From contig CAVSGM010000001.1 in NCBI GenBank assembly GCA_963727485.1, positions 1,188,213 through 1,252,212 on the forward strand: a stretch of DNA of 64,000 nt, written 5' to 3'. Both the position numbers and the translations under genes were made by a program. The notes below the pieces were generated by a model that was not told the origin of the DNA, did no database searches, and worked only from the letters and a program-made list of their open reading frames with translations. The stretch comes from an uncultured delta proteobacterium (GTDB taxonomy: Bacteria > Myxococcota > Myxococcia > SLRQ01). Below are positions 31,251 through 44,566 of the stretch, piece by piece (within the stretch, counting starts at the first letter, position 1; every line of letters begins with the position of its first letter).

Positions 31251-32292
31251 ATGCGATGCGCTCATTTCCTTGCGGCAGTCAGCCGGAACTGCCTCCGTCT
31301 CTTGGCTATCCTCGCGGCGATGGCGGGTAGTTGGCCGGTGTTGGCAGCAAGTGGCGATGGACCTACTCCTGGCGCTGCGGAGCACTGTGATGCCCCCTGC
31401 TACTGGCGCTATCCACAAGGGCTCGACGCCGCGGTGACGGCGGCGAAGGCGGACATGCTTCGCCTGTCGTCGGCGGGCATTCGCGCGCTTCCTGTTGCGG
31501 AGCAGGCCTCCCTCGGGATACGGCCAGACCGTCGAGCTGCCTGACGGACGTAGGGTGCAGCCGTCATTGGATGGCGATCCCAGGGTGATCGCCGCGATCG
31601 AGGTGCTGCGGCAGCGTCGCGCCAGCCGGTGGGCGCACGCGATCGAGCACGCCTTCAAGGCGTGGGTGGTCGGCCTTGGCGGAAGCAAGTACAACGCGGA
31701 GCTCAACCGCCGGGCCGTGGAGGCCTGGCTCGAGCTCACCAAGGAGAAGCTTCCACTGAAGAGCGTGCTGCCTTGGCTGCGGCGGAGGTCGAGCTCGTCG
31801 GTGCAAATGGCGAGGTCCCTCCAGGGGCAGGCGGCCTATCTTTGGTTGGAGCACTGGATCCAGTCAGGCAGGGCGACCCCCGGGCAGATCGTGAGCCTGC
31901 TCCATGACCCATCACCGGACCTCCGAATCACCATGCTCTATGTCGCCCCGAGCGCAGGGAAGGTACCGGACGCGGTGAGGGATGCGCGGGTGGCGCTCAT
32001 GGCGGATCCCGACCCCTGGGTCAGCGGGAAGGCGCGAGCGTTCTACACACAGGTGCCCGCACCCGCCTCGGGCCGGCCGCGCGCATCGGAGACAGTTCGA
32101 GCGCGTCCTGCGCCCGGCGCCATGGCGTCGTTCGTTCGCCTACTGAATCGAAATGACATCTCCGCAGACGCCAGGGCTGCCGCGGAGACGGCGGTTCGGC
32201 GCCGCGGCTACCGTGTCGTGGGACACCCGGGCACTTGGTCGGTTGAACCGATTCGCGGCTGGACAGGCGCGAAGCGGGAACCGCAGCCGTGA
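31251..32292 (+). CDS. exported helical (HEAT-like) hypothetical protein; one extra base near 31516
   Basis: GGAGG RBS, signal-peptide-like N-terminus, LLHDPSPDLR and LMADPDPWVS HEAT-like repeats; span = 3n+1. Confidence 0.55.
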
Positions 32293-32398
32293 GCTCCGGG
32301 GCGTCCCTCTCTTCAGGTGCCAATACCCAGCAACGCGCCGACGATACCCTGACTCGGAGCGAGGGCCGGCGGCCCCGTGTTCCGGCATCCGATGGCCC

Positions 32399-33755
32399 TC
32401 AGACCGTCGCCAGGTACACCGAGTTCCGGGTCCCGCGCTTCCCCCGGTACATCGCCCGGTCGGCCAGATTCGAGCAGCGCGTCCTTCTCGGTGGCGTGCT
32501 CGGGGAAGCAGGCGACGCCCACCGAGGCGGTGATCCGCAGGCTCTGGGCCTCGCGCGCCAGGAACACGTGCTCGCTGATGCGCCGGCGGATGCGCTCGGC
32601 GACGTGCATCGCCGCCTCGGGGCCGGTCTCCGGGAGCACCACCACGTACTCGTCGCCGCCGTAGCGCACCGGGACGTCGGACTCGCGGATGGCGGCGCGC
32701 AGGACCCTCCCCACCTCGGCCAGGAGCCCCGAGCCCACCACGTGGCCGTGGGTGTCGTTGACGTCCTTGAACCGGTCGAGGTCGATGAAGAGCACGGCGA
32801 AGGGCGCCGGCTGGCCGAGGCCGTCGCCGGCGAGGTGCCGGTCGAGGACCCGGGAGAGGTAGCGGGCGTTGAACAGCTGGGTGAGGTCGTCGACGAAGGC
32901 GAGGCGCTCGGCGCGGTGCACCCGCTCCAGGGCTCCGAGGGCCGAGGCGGCGTGGCCGAGGACGAAGGTGGCCGAGGCCGCGTCGATGCCGTCCGCGCCG
33001 GCGTCGGTGGACGGATAGAGCAGGGCGGCCAGGGTCCGGCCCGAGCCGCGCTTCAGCGGCAGCGCCACGCCCGGGCCCAGGGCGCCGCCGGGGGTGTCCA
33101 GGCCCGGGAGGGCGACCTCGGTCTCGCCGCCCTCGAGGCGGTCGAGGGCCTCGGCGACCAGGGTCTCGAAGGCCCAGGGGTCCGGGAGCTCGGCGCCCGC
33201 GGCCCGGAGGAGCACCGGCGCCGCCGGGGGCCGCCGCTCCACCACCACCGCCAGGTGCGCCCCGGCCGCCTCCACCAAGCTCTCGGCGGTGAGGCGCCAG
33301 AGGTGTCGGGCCTCGGAGGCGGCGCCGACCCGGGCGGCGGTCTGGGTCAGGGCCAGGTGCCGCCGGAGGTCGGCGTTGTGGCGCAGCAGCCCGCGCCAGT
33401 CGAGGCAGCGCTGCACCGAGATGTTCAGGGCCTCGGCGGTCACCGGCTTGACCAGGTAGTCGAAGGCCCCGCCCTTGATGGCCCGCACCGCCGGGGCGAC
33501 CATGTCCAGGGCGGTGATCACCACCACCCCGGCGTCGGGATTGCGGTGCCGGACCTCGGCGAGGACCCCCAGCCCGTCCATCCCCGGGAGCAGCAGGTCG
33601 GTGACCACCACGTCGAAGCGGCCGGGGATGACCCGGGCGACCGCCTCCTCGCCGGTGGCCGCCAGCTCCACGTCGAAGCCGCCGGCGGCGAGGAAGTCGC
33701 CGTAGAGCCGCCGGGCAAAGCGGTCATCGTCGATGAGGAGGATGCGGCCGTTCAT
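32399..33755 (-). CDS. response-regulator diguanylate cyclase (REC-GGDEF); one extra base at about 32469
   Basis: IDDD/TDLLLP/KP receiver; DDLTQLFNARY, DLDRFKDVNDTHGHVVGS, RYGGDEY; the normal tail LADRAMYRGKRGTRNSVY appears after removing one base from GATTC 32467-32471. Confidence 0.9.
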
Positions 33756-33876
33756 CGTCGGCGTCCCCAGAAACGCAGGAGGAACCCGGACGCTAGCAGC
33801 GCCGGCGGGCCGGGGCAATTGCGTGAGGCTCCCCGTTGCCGTGCCGCCGCGGGCCCGCCGTGGTACCCATGGCTCC

Positions 33877-34326
33877 ATGGACAGTCGGGCGTTCGACGTC
33901 GAGGAGGCGTCCCTCTCGGTGGTCCTCCGGGCCCGGGGGTTCCGCTGCGCCCTCGAGGCCCGGCGCGTCGAGCGCCTCGAGCCCCTGGCGCGCCTGACCG
34001 GCGCCGACGCCGATCGTCCCCGGGTCTCCCTGGGTGAGGCCCTGGGGCTTCCCCCGGTGGATACCGCCGACGCCCCCGAGATCGTGGGGGTGGTGCTCCG
34101 GGGCCGGGCGGAGCTCCTGGTCGCCGAGCTGGTGGAGGCGGTGCGGGACCTCGGCGGGGCGCGGTTCGTGGCCCTGCCGGCGCTGACCCGCCTGACCCGG
34201 CCGGCCTTCCGCGGGGTCTACGACCTCGAGGGGGGGCTGCTCCCGGTCCTCGACGTCGACGGCCTCCTCGACGTGCCCGGGGAGGACGCCGGCGACGGAG
34301 CCGGGGAGGGCGCCGATGGCCGGTGA
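33877..34326 (+). CDS. CheW-like protein (degenerate)
   Basis: FRGVYDLEGGLLPVLDVDGLL; lies upstream of romR. Confidence 0.7.
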   Translation: MDSRAFDVEEASLSVVLRARGFRCALEARRVERLEPLARLTGADADRPRVSLGEALGLPPVDTADAPEIVGVVLRGRAELLVAELVEAVRDLGGARFVALPALTRLTRPAFRGVYDLEGGLLPVLDVDGLLDVPGEDAGDGAGEGADGR

Positions 34327-34747
34327 GCGGCACCTGGTGTTCCAGGCGGGCGGGCGGCGCATCACCGTGCCCCTCTCGGATCTGGTGGGCATCGCGGCGG
34401 CGGCGGTCACGCCCCTGCCCCTGGCCTGGGAGGCCCACCTCGGCCTCATGCCCCACCAGGGCACCGTCTACCCGGTCCTCGATCCGCTGGTCCTCCTGGG
34501 CCTCGGGCGCATGCGCACCGAGGCGGCGCTGGTGGTCCTCCTCGAGGTGGAGGGGCGCAGCGTGGCCCTGGCCTGCCAGCGGGTGGAGGGGGCGGCGCCC
34601 CTCGACGACCGGCCGGGGTTCGCCTCGGGGAAGGGCCACGAGGAGGTGGTCGTCGCCGGGTGGCCGGCGGTCCGCCCGGACCTCCGCGCCATCCTCGGGG
34701 CGGCCGTCGCCGGGGTGGGGGATCCCCGGGCCCCCGCGGGCGCCTGA
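34316..34747 (+). CDS. CheW-like protein
   Basis: LVFQAGG, VTPLP, LGLMPHQGTVYPVLD. Confidence 0.78.
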   Translation: MAGERHLVFQAGGRRITVPLSDLVGIAAAAVTPLPLAWEAHLGLMPHQGTVYPVLDPLVLLGLGRMRTEAALVVLLEVEGRSVALACQRVEGAAPLDDRPGFASGKGHEEVVVAGWPAVRPDLRAILGAAVAGVGDPRAPAGA

Positions 34748-34830
34748 CGGCCCGCGCCGCGCCGCCGTGGCCCCGGAAATTTCCTTGGAACGACGCGGAT
34801 CTAGGGGCGGGCCGGCGGGGGGTCGTCATG

Positions 34831-34860
34831 TTGACACCCCCAAGAGACGCGGGTTACAAG
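34831..34860 (+). promoter_or_regulatory. putative sigma70 promoter of romR
   Basis: TTGACA-N18-TACAAG. Confidence 0.4.
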
Positions 34861-34933
34861 GGGCACACGTTGCCTGCGTGTTGCAGGTCCGGCGCAGCCC
34901 CCTGGTGTGGCGCGCGATCCGAGGAGATCCGGG

Positions 34934-37020
34934 ATGCCCAAGACCCTCCTGTTGGCCGACGACAGCAAGACGATGCAGAAGGTCGTCCAGATCACCTTCG
35001 CGCACGAGGACTACGAGATCCACGTGGTCGGCGACGGCGACGGGTGCCTCGCCCAGGCCAAGGCCCTCACCCCCGACATCATCCTCCTCGACGTGGTCCT
35101 CCCGGGGAAGAGCGGCTACGACATCTGCCAGGCCCTCAAGCAGGATCCGGGCACCGCGGGCTCCAAGGTGCTCCTCCTCGCCGGCTCCTTCGAGCCCTTC
35201 GACGAGGGGCGGGCCCAGGCCGCCGGCGCCGACGGGAACATCACCAAGCCCTTCGAGAGCCAGGCCCTCATCGACAAGGTCAACCTCCTGGTGACCGGGC
35301 ACAAGGGCGCGCCGATGCCCAGCGCCATCCCCGGGCGCCCCGCCGGCGCCGCCGCGCCCCGGCCGGCCGCCCCGCAGACCCCGGCCGCCCCGGCGACCAT
35401 GGTGGGGATCCCCGCCTTCGGCCAGCCCCAGGCGCCCGCGGCGCCGACCCCCGCCGCCCGGCCGCCCCAGCCCGCGGCCCCGGCCGCGCCGACTCCGGCA
35501 CCCGCCCCGGCGGCCCCGACCCCCGCGGCCCAGCCTCCGCGACCGGCGGCGCCGGTCCCCGCGGCGGCCCCGCCGGCCATGGCCCCGACCCCGGCCCCGG
35601 CGGCCCCCCGCCCGGCGCCCATCCCGGCGCCCCAGGCGCCCCCGCCGACCCCGGCCCCGTCCTTCGCCGCGCCCCGGCCGCCGGCGCCCCAGGCGCCCCC
35701 GCCGACCCCGGCCCCGGGCTTCGGCGCCCCGACCCCCGCGGCCCCCGCCGCCGGCGCGCCCACCCCGGCCCCCAGCTTCGGCGCCCCGGCCCCCGCGGCC
35801 CCGGCCGCCCGTGCGCCCACGCCCCCCCCGGGCTTCGGCGCCCCGGCCCCGACGCCCGCCGCGCCTCCGATGCCCGCCGCGCCCCCGCCGGCCGCCGCCG
35901 CGCCCCAGCCGCCGGCCCCGGTCGCGCCGCCGCCCGCGCCGACCCCGGCACCCATCCCCTCGCCGAGCCCGAGCTTCGCTGCGCCGGCCGCGCCTCCGGC
36001 GCCTGCGGCCCCGACCCCGGTCGCGGCGGCGCCGACGCCCCGGGCGCCGACCCCGGCCCCGACCCCTGCCGCCCCGCCGCCGCCGGCCGCCCCGGCGACC
36101 GGTGGCGAGGACGAGTGGGACCTCTCCGACTTCGACGATCCGAGCATCGCCGACTCCGGGACGGAGGCCCCCGCGGCCCCGCCCCCGGCCGCGCCCACCC
36201 CCGCCGCCCCGATGCCGGCGCCCACCCCCGCGGCGCCGCCCGCGATGTCGGTGGAGGCGGACGCCGACGTGGAGGTCGACCTCGAGGAGCCCGCCGAGGC
36301 CAAGGTCGAGGTCGATCTGGCCCAGGCCGCCCGGGCGGTCACCGACGAGCTGGAGGTCGCCGGGAGCGAGCCCGTGGAAGAGGTCGAGGCCCTCAGCCTC
36401 GAGGACGAGGTCAGCGACACCGAGGACGTCGAGGTCGATTTCGCCGACGACTCCGAGGGCGACACCGAGCCCGAGCCCCTCGACGCCAGCACCTTCGCCG
36501 CCCCGGAGCCCGAGCCGGTCGACCTCTCGGCCTTCGGCAGCGCCCCGTCGGACTGGAGCGCCGAGCCGGAGCCGGCCCCGGTGATCGCGAGGCCCGAGCC
36601 GGCGGCCTCCGAGCCGGTGACCCTCGAGCCCGAGCCCATCGAGGCCGCCGAGCCCGAGCCCATCGAGGCGGTCGAGCTCGAGACCGCCGAGCCCGAGCTC
36701 GAGCCCCTCGAGGCCGCCGAGCCCGAGCCCCTCGAGGCGGTCGAGCCCGAGGCCGCCGAGCCCGAGCCGAGCCCATCGAGGCCGCCGAGCCCGAACCGGC
36801 CCCGGCGCCCAGCACCGCGGCCACCGACGGCGCCCTCACCGCCGCCGCCGCCCGCGCCGACGCCGACGGGGGCGAGGCCCTCCTCCGGGAGGCCCTCGGC
36901 CGCGCCAGCCGCGAGGTCATCGAGCGCATCGCCTGGGAGGTGGTCCCGGAGCTCGCCGAGACCATCATCCGCGAGGAGCTCGAGCGGTTGATCCAGGCCC
37001 GGGAGCAGTCCGGCTCCTGA
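34934..37020 (+). CDS. romR: RomR-like polarity response regulator (REC, Pro/Ala and acidic linker, conserved C-terminal helix); one base missing at about 36768
   Basis: LLLADDSKTMQKVVQITFA receiver; C-terminus ADGGEALLREALGRASREVIERIAWEVVPELAETIIREELERLI in the shifted frame; between cheW and valS. Confidence 0.88.
35330..36800 (+). repeat. low-complexity coding repeats inside romR (PTPAP/APAAP, then EPEP(I/L)EA)
   Basis: For example GCGCCCCAGGCGCCCCCGCCGACCCCGGCCCC at about 35626 and 35683; GAGCCCGAGCCC units at 36620-36800. Confidence 0.85.
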
Positions 37021-37103
37021 CGCCCCGGCGCCGTTCGGGTTCGCCCCAGGGCCCCGGCCTCGCGACGCCGGCCGCCGCCGCGTCCGCGGTGGGATCGCAA
37101 CCT

Positions 37104-37132
37104 TTGATCCCGCCCGTGCGGGACGGTACATT
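37104..37132 (+). promoter_or_regulatory. putative sigma70 promoter of valS
   Basis: TTGATC-N17-TACATT. Confidence 0.55.
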
Positions 37133-37164
37133 CGGGCGCCCTTGAACCGGACCGGAAAGGCGTC

Positions 37165-39840
<2,676 letters not shown>

Positions 39841-39849
39841 GGGGACGAG

Positions 39850-40536
39850 ATGAAGAGCCACCAGTCCATGGTCGACGCGCTGGCGCGCGAGGCGAAGCGT
39901 GCCCCGGCGGCGGCGGACGCCCCGGGGATCACCGAGGCGGTCAAGCGGATCCGCGCCGGCGCGCCCGAGCCCGACGAGGACGCCAGCGTCGACACCCGCT
40001 ATGCCTACGGCCTCGCGTTGGCGGGCCTCGGCGAGGTCGACGTCGGCGTCGAGGTCATCGCCGACGCCCTCGAGGCGCCCAAGGTCAAGGCCAGGCGACG
40101 CAAGGCCGCCAAGGCGGCGGCCGAGTCCCTGGACCGCGGGGGCACCCGACGGGAGGTGCCGGCCCTGCGCAAGTCCGGGGATGACGGCGAGTCGAAGAAG
40201 GCGCCCCGGGCGAAGCCCCTGGTTTCGCCCATGAGCAAGGCGGCGCGAAAGAAGGCCCCGGCCCCCGAGGGGGCCGGGAAGGCGGCGGAGAAGCAGGCGC
40301 CGGTGAAGAAGCCGGCCGCCGAGAGGAAGACCGCCGGCAAGAAGAAGACCGCCAAGAAGAAGACCGCCAAGAAGAAGACGGCGGCGAAGAAGACGGCCAC
40401 CAAGAAGCCCGCGCCCAAGAAGAAGGCCGCCAAGAAGGCTGCGTCCAAGAAGCCGGCCGCCAAGAAGGCCACCGGCAAGAAGACCACGTCCAAGAAGACC
40501 ACCACGAACTCGAACCGGAAGGGACACCGGTCGTGA
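39850..40536 (+). CDS. protein with histone-H1-like Lys/Ala-rich C-terminal tail
   Basis: KKTAKKKTAKKKTAAKKTATKKPAPKKKAAKK repeats; overlaps the nadC start. Confidence 0.75.
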   Translation: MKSHQSMVDALAREAKRAPAAADAPGITEAVKRIRAGAPEPDEDASVDTRYAYGLALAGLGEVDVGVEVIADALEAPKVKARRRKAAKAAAESLDRGGTRREVPALRKSGDDGESKKAPRAKPLVSPMSKAARKKAPAPEGAGKAAEKQAPVKKPAAERKTAGKKKTAKKKTAKKKTAAKKTATKKPAPKKKAAKKAASKKPAAKKATGKKTTSKKTTTNSNRKGHRS

Positions 40537-41372
40537 CCGCGCCCCTCGATCCCCACGTTCGCCGCCTCGTGGAGCTCGCCCTCGCCGAGGACATCGGCGT
40601 CGGCGACGTGACCACCGAGGCCCTCGTCGACGCCGACGCCATGGGCCTTGGCCGCATCGTCGCCCGGGAGCCCCTGGTGGTCTCGGGCATCGGCCCCGCG
40701 GTGGCGGTCTTCCACGCGGTGGAGCCGGCCCTGGAGATCCGGGTGCACCACGAGGACGGCAGCAACACCGCCCCCGGCGACACGGTGATGGAGATCGAGG
40801 GCCCGCTCCGGGGCATCCTCACCGCCGAGCGCACGGCCCTGAACTTCCTCCAGCGCCTCTCGGGGATCGCGAGCTTCACCCGGGTCCACGCCGAGGCCCT
40901 CGCCGGCTCGCGCACGCGACTCCTCGACACCCGCAAGACCACCCCCGGGTGGCGCGTCCTGGAGAAGGCGGCGGTGCGCCACGGCGGCGGCTCCAACCAC
41001 CGGGTGGCCCTCTTCGACGGCGTCCTCATCAAGGACAACCACCTCAAGGTCACCGGTGGCGTCGCCGCGGCGGTGGCCCGGGCCCGGGAGAACGCCCACC
41101 CCCTCCTCAAGATCGAGGTCGAGGTGGAGTCCCTCGAGGCCCTCGCCGAGGCGGTGGAGGCCGGGGCGGACATGATCCTCCTCGACAACATGGACGACGC
41201 CATGGTGGAGCGGGCGGTGGCGAAGTTCGGGGGCCGGGTGCCCCTGGAGGCCTCCGGCGGCATCACGCTGCCCAGGCTCTCGCGCCTGGCGGGCATCGGC
41301 GTCGACTTCGTCTCCTGTGGCGTCATCACCCAGGGGGCCCGGGCGGTGGACCTGGCCCTCGACCTCGACTGA
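40533..41372 (+). CDS. nadC: nicotinate-nucleotide pyrophosphorylase (carboxylating)
   Basis: ERTALNFLQRLSGIA, DTRKTTPG, LIKDNH, ILLDNM, EASGGI. Confidence 0.97.
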   Translation: MTAPLDPHVRRLVELALAEDIGVGDVTTEALVDADAMGLGRIVAREPLVVSGIGPAVAVFHAVEPALEIRVHHEDGSNTAPGDTVMEIEGPLRGILTAERTALNFLQRLSGIASFTRVHAEALAGSRTRLLDTRKTTPGWRVLEKAAVRHGGGSNHRVALFDGVLIKDNHLKVTGGVAAAVARARENAHPLLKIEVEVESLEALAEAVEAGADMILLDNMDDAMVERAVAKFGGRVPLEASGGITLPRLSRLAGIGVDFVSCGVITQGARAVDLALDLD

Positions 41373-41439
41373 GGCGCGGCGCGCCACCGGTGGCTGGCGA
41401 GTGGCGAGGCCCCGGCCGCTGGGCTAGTCTTCCCGCGTG

Positions 41440-42432
41440 ATGGACGCGTCGACCTCGGAGGAGATGGTGCTGGGCATGCTCGCCGACGCCGGCGACGCGT
41501 GCGTGCCCGGAGACATCCTCGCCGGGAAGCTCGGCCTCGCCCCGTCCCAGGTCTTCCGCCACGTGGAGGATCTGCGGCGCAAGGGCTACCGCATCGACAC
41601 CCTGGGCACCCGCGGCTACCGCCTGGTCGCCATCCCCGATCGCCTCACGCCGCTGGAGATCGGCCCGTTCCTCACCACCCACGACCTCGGCCGGGGAATC
41701 CATCACCGGGAGTCGGTGACCTCCACCAACGAGATCGCCTACCGCCTCGCCGAGGAGGGCGCCTTCCACGGCGAGGTGGTCATCGCCGAGCACCAGAGCC
41801 GGGGCAAGGGTCGCCGGGGGCGCACCTGGGAGAGCCCGGCCCGGCGCAACCTCTACCTCTCGGTGATCCTCCGCCCCGACCTCCCCGCCACCCGCGCCCC
41901 GGAGCTGACCCTGGTGGCGGCGGTGGCCCTGGCCCAGACCCTGCGCGAGGCCTTCGACCTCGAGGTGGGCATCAAGTGGCCCAACGACGTGGAGCTCGAG
42001 GACCGGAAGCTCGCCGGGATCCTCACCGAGCTCGCCACCGACGGTGACCGGATCGACTTCGTGATCCTGGGCATCGGCCTCAACGTGAACATGCGCCGCT
42101 CCGAGCTCCCCGCCGAGGTCGCCGCGCGCGCGACCTCCGTCGGCGAGGCCTTCGGCGAGAACGTCGACCGGCCCATCCTCACCGCGGCGATCCTCGCCCG
42201 CCTCGAGCACTGGTACGACCGCTGGCTCGAGGAGGGTCTGGCGCCGGTGCGCGAGGCCTGGAAGGCCTACGCCACCACCCTGGGCCGGAACGTCCGGGTG
42301 CAGCAGGGCAGCAGCGTCGTCGAGGGCGTCGCCGAGGACCTCGACACCGACGGGGCCCTCCTGGTCCGGGTGGCCGGCGGCAAGCGGGTCCGGGTGGTCG
42401 CCGGCGACGTCGAGCACCTCCGGCTGGCCTGA
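41440..42432 (+). CDS. birA: biotin--[acetyl-CoA-carboxylase] ligase with N-terminal wHTH
   Basis: STN, QSRGKGRRGRTW, KWPND, KLAGIL, GIGLNVN. Confidence 0.95.
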   Translation: MDASTSEEMVLGMLADAGDACVPGDILAGKLGLAPSQVFRHVEDLRRKGYRIDTLGTRGYRLVAIPDRLTPLEIGPFLTTHDLGRGIHHRESVTSTNEIAYRLAEEGAFHGEVVIAEHQSRGKGRRGRTWESPARRNLYLSVILRPDLPATRAPELTLVAAVALAQTLREAFDLEVGIKWPNDVELEDRKLAGILTELATDGDRIDFVILGIGLNVNMRRSELPAEVAARATSVGEAFGENVDRPILTAAILARLEHWYDRWLEEGLAPVREAWKAYATTLGRNVRVQQGSSVVEGVAEDLDTDGALLVRVAGGKRVRVVAGDVEHLRLA

Positions 42433-42451
42433 GGCCCGGCGGGGCGTCGCT

Positions 42452-43147
42452 TCAGAGCACCAGCCGCGCCAGGGGGAAGAGCGCCAGCGCCACCCGCCAC
42501 CGGCGCTCCTGCTTCTTCGCGAACGCCGGCAGCCGGCCCTCCCGGGCGTCGGCGAGGAGCGCCTGGGCGTCAGCCCGCTCGCCCTTGTCGAGGAGCAGGG
42601 CGGCGAGGCGCACCCGCGGCTCGAGGAGCGAGCGGTTCCGGTCGACCGACTGGCGGTACCAGTGCTCGGCGGCCTCGAGGTCCCCGAGCTTCTGCTGGCA
42701 CACGGCGATGCCGTTCTCGCTCTCGCCCCGGCCGCTCTCCGGCGCCTCCTCGAGGCCCGCCTCGTAGGCGACGATGGCCTCCCGGCAGTGGCGCAGGCGC
42801 CGCAGGGTGTGGCCCAGGTACTGGTAGAGCTTGGGGTCCACCTCGCTCCCGTGGGCCTCGCTGATGCGCACCGCCTCCTGGAAGTAGCGCAGGGCCCGGC
42901 GCTTCTGCCGCCCCTCGTAGTGGATCACGCCGAGCTGGAACCGGGCGTCGGCGTTGTGGGGGTTGGCGAGCTCGGCGTGGCGGGCGGCGCGGAACCGGCG
43001 GCGCCGGGACCCGGTGCGCAGGAGCCGGCCGAGGAGGGGCACGAACACCAGCAGCAGGATCGCCCAGCCCCAGATGGTGAAGAAGAGGAACGAGAAGATC
43101 CACCAGGCGATGAACTCGATCCACTGCACGATGCCGGGTCCCTGCAT
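42452..43147 (-). CDS. membrane-anchored TPR protein
   Basis: N-terminal TM region; NPHNADARFQLG and further TPR repeats. Confidence 0.75.
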   Translation of the reverse strand: MQGPGIVQWIEFIAWWIFSFLFFTIWGWAILLLVFVPLLGRLLRTGSRRRRFRAARHAELANPHNADARFQLGVIHYEGRQKRRALRYFQEAVRISEAHGSEVDPKLYQYLGHTLRRLRHCREAIVAYEAGLEEAPESGRGESENGIAVCQQKLGDLEAAEHWYRQSVDRNRSLLEPRVRLAALLLDKGERADAQALLADAREGRLPAFAKKQERRWRVALALFPLARLVL

Positions 43148-43210
43148 GGTAGGCGACCTACCATCCCTGGGCGGGACTGGCCAGCGTGAGGCCCCCGGAG
43201 CCGGGGCGCC

Positions 43211-43239
43211 TTGACCCGCCCGGCGCGAGGGCGTAGCCT
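43211..43239 (+). promoter_or_regulatory. putative sigma70 promoter of the coaX operon
   Basis: TTGACC-N17-TAGCCT. Confidence 0.6.
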
Positions 43240-43280
43240 CTTGAAGCTTTTCCCTTGTGACGACGGGGGTTTATCGGTCC

Positions 43281-44084
43281 ATGCTCCTCGCCATCGACGT
43301 GGGCAACACCCACATCGTCCTCGGCGTGTACGAGGGCGAGCAGCTGCGCGATCACTGGCGCATCGAGACGCGGCGCGAGCGGCCCGGGGACGAGTACGGC
43401 GTGCTGGTGCAGCAGCTCCTCGGGGGGGCCGACCTCGACCCCGAGGCCATCGACGCCATCGTGGTCTCCACCGTGGTGCCGCCGCTCCATGACACCCTCG
43501 GCCGCATGGGCGAGCGGTTCTTCCACCTCCGGCCCCTCTTCGTGGGCCCGGGGATCCGCACCGGCATGCCCGTCCTCTACGACAACCCCCGGGAGGTCGG
43601 CGCCGACCGCATCGTCAACGCCATCGCCGCCTACGAGGCGCACCACACCGGCCTCATCGTCGTCGACTTCGGCACCGCCACCACCCTGGACTGCGTGACC
43701 CCCAAGGGCGAGTACCTCGGCGGCGCCATCTGCCCCGGGGTGGGCATCTCCCTCGACGCCCTCTTCCACCACGCCTCCAAGCTCCCGCGCATCGAGGTCG
43801 CCCGCCCCGAGAAGGTGGTCGGGCGCAACACCGTCGCCTCCATGCAGTCCGGCATCCTCTATGGCTACGTGGGCATGGTCGACGGGCTGGTGACCCGGAT
43901 GCGCGAGGAGATCGGCTTTCCGGTGAGGGTGGTCGCCACCGGCGGGCTCGCGGCCCTCGTCGCCGGTGAGTCCACCACCGTCGACGAGGTCGACGAGCTG
44001 CTCACCCTCCGGGGCCTGCGCATCGTCCACGAGCGCAACCCGAGGCACCGGGACGACTCGGCGACGGCGAGGAGCCTCGGGTGA
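43281..44084 (+). CDS. coaX: type III pantothenate kinase
   Basis: [31 protein letters not shown]. Confidence 0.96.
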   Translation: MLLAIDVGNTHIVLGVYEGEQLRDHWRIETRRERPGDEYGVLVQQLLGGADLDPEAIDAIVVSTVVPPLHDTLGRMGERFFHLRPLFVGPGIRTGMPVLYDNPREVGADRIVNAIAAYEAHHTGLIVVDFGTATTLDCVTPKGEYLGGAICPGVGISLDALFHHASKLPRIEVARPEKVVGRNTVASMQSGILYGYVGMVDGLVTRMREEIGFPVRVVATGGLAALVAGESTTVDEVDELLTLRGLRIVHERNPRHRDDSATARSLG

Positions 44085-44566
44085 CCGGCGTCTCGACCCT
44101 GCCCCCGGCGGCGCGCCGGGCCTTCGACCGGGGCCTCGAGGCCCTCGATCGCGACGACCCCCAGGCGGCGGTGGACGACCTGGGCGAGGCGTTCCAGGCG
44201 GCCACCGGCGACCCCCAGGTGATGAGCGCCTACGGCCTCGCCCTGGCGCTGGCCGGCTCCGACCGGCTCCGGGGGGTCGCCCTCTGCGAGACCGCCATCC
44301 GCCGACTCCGGGATGCCTCCCCGGCCGACCTCCACCTGCGCCTCGCCCGGGCCTACCTCTCGGTGCACTACCGGGCCCAGGCGGTCCAGGCGCTCCGCGC
44401 CGGCGCCCAGGTCGACCCCGACCACCCGGGCATCCACGACGCCTTCGTCGTCCTGGGCATCCGCCGTGCCCCGGTGTTGCCCTTCCTGCGCCGCAGCCAC
44501 CCCCTGAACAAGTACCTGGGCCTCCTGCGGCACCGACTCTTTTCCCAGACCACGGAGGTCAAGTGA
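44081..44566 (+). CDS. small TPR-like hypothetical protein
   Basis: TPR-like helices; [22 protein letters not shown] tail; translationally coupled to both neighbours. Confidence 0.78.
   Translation: MTGVSTLPPAARRAFDRGLEALDRDDPQAAVDDLGEAFQAATGDPQVMSAYGLALALAGSDRLRGVALCETAIRRLRDASPADLHLRLARAYLSVHYRAQAVQALRAGAQVDPDHPGIHDAFVVLGIRRAPVLPFLRRSHPLNKYLGLLRHRLFSQTTEVK

Noticed and set aside
26291..32398. Island as prophage or integrative element
   Set aside because: No integrase, phage genes, tRNA target or flanking direct repeats were recognised.
35330..36800. Repeat arrays as possible CRISPR
   Set aside because: Imperfect in-frame coding repeats without unique spacers; no cas genes.
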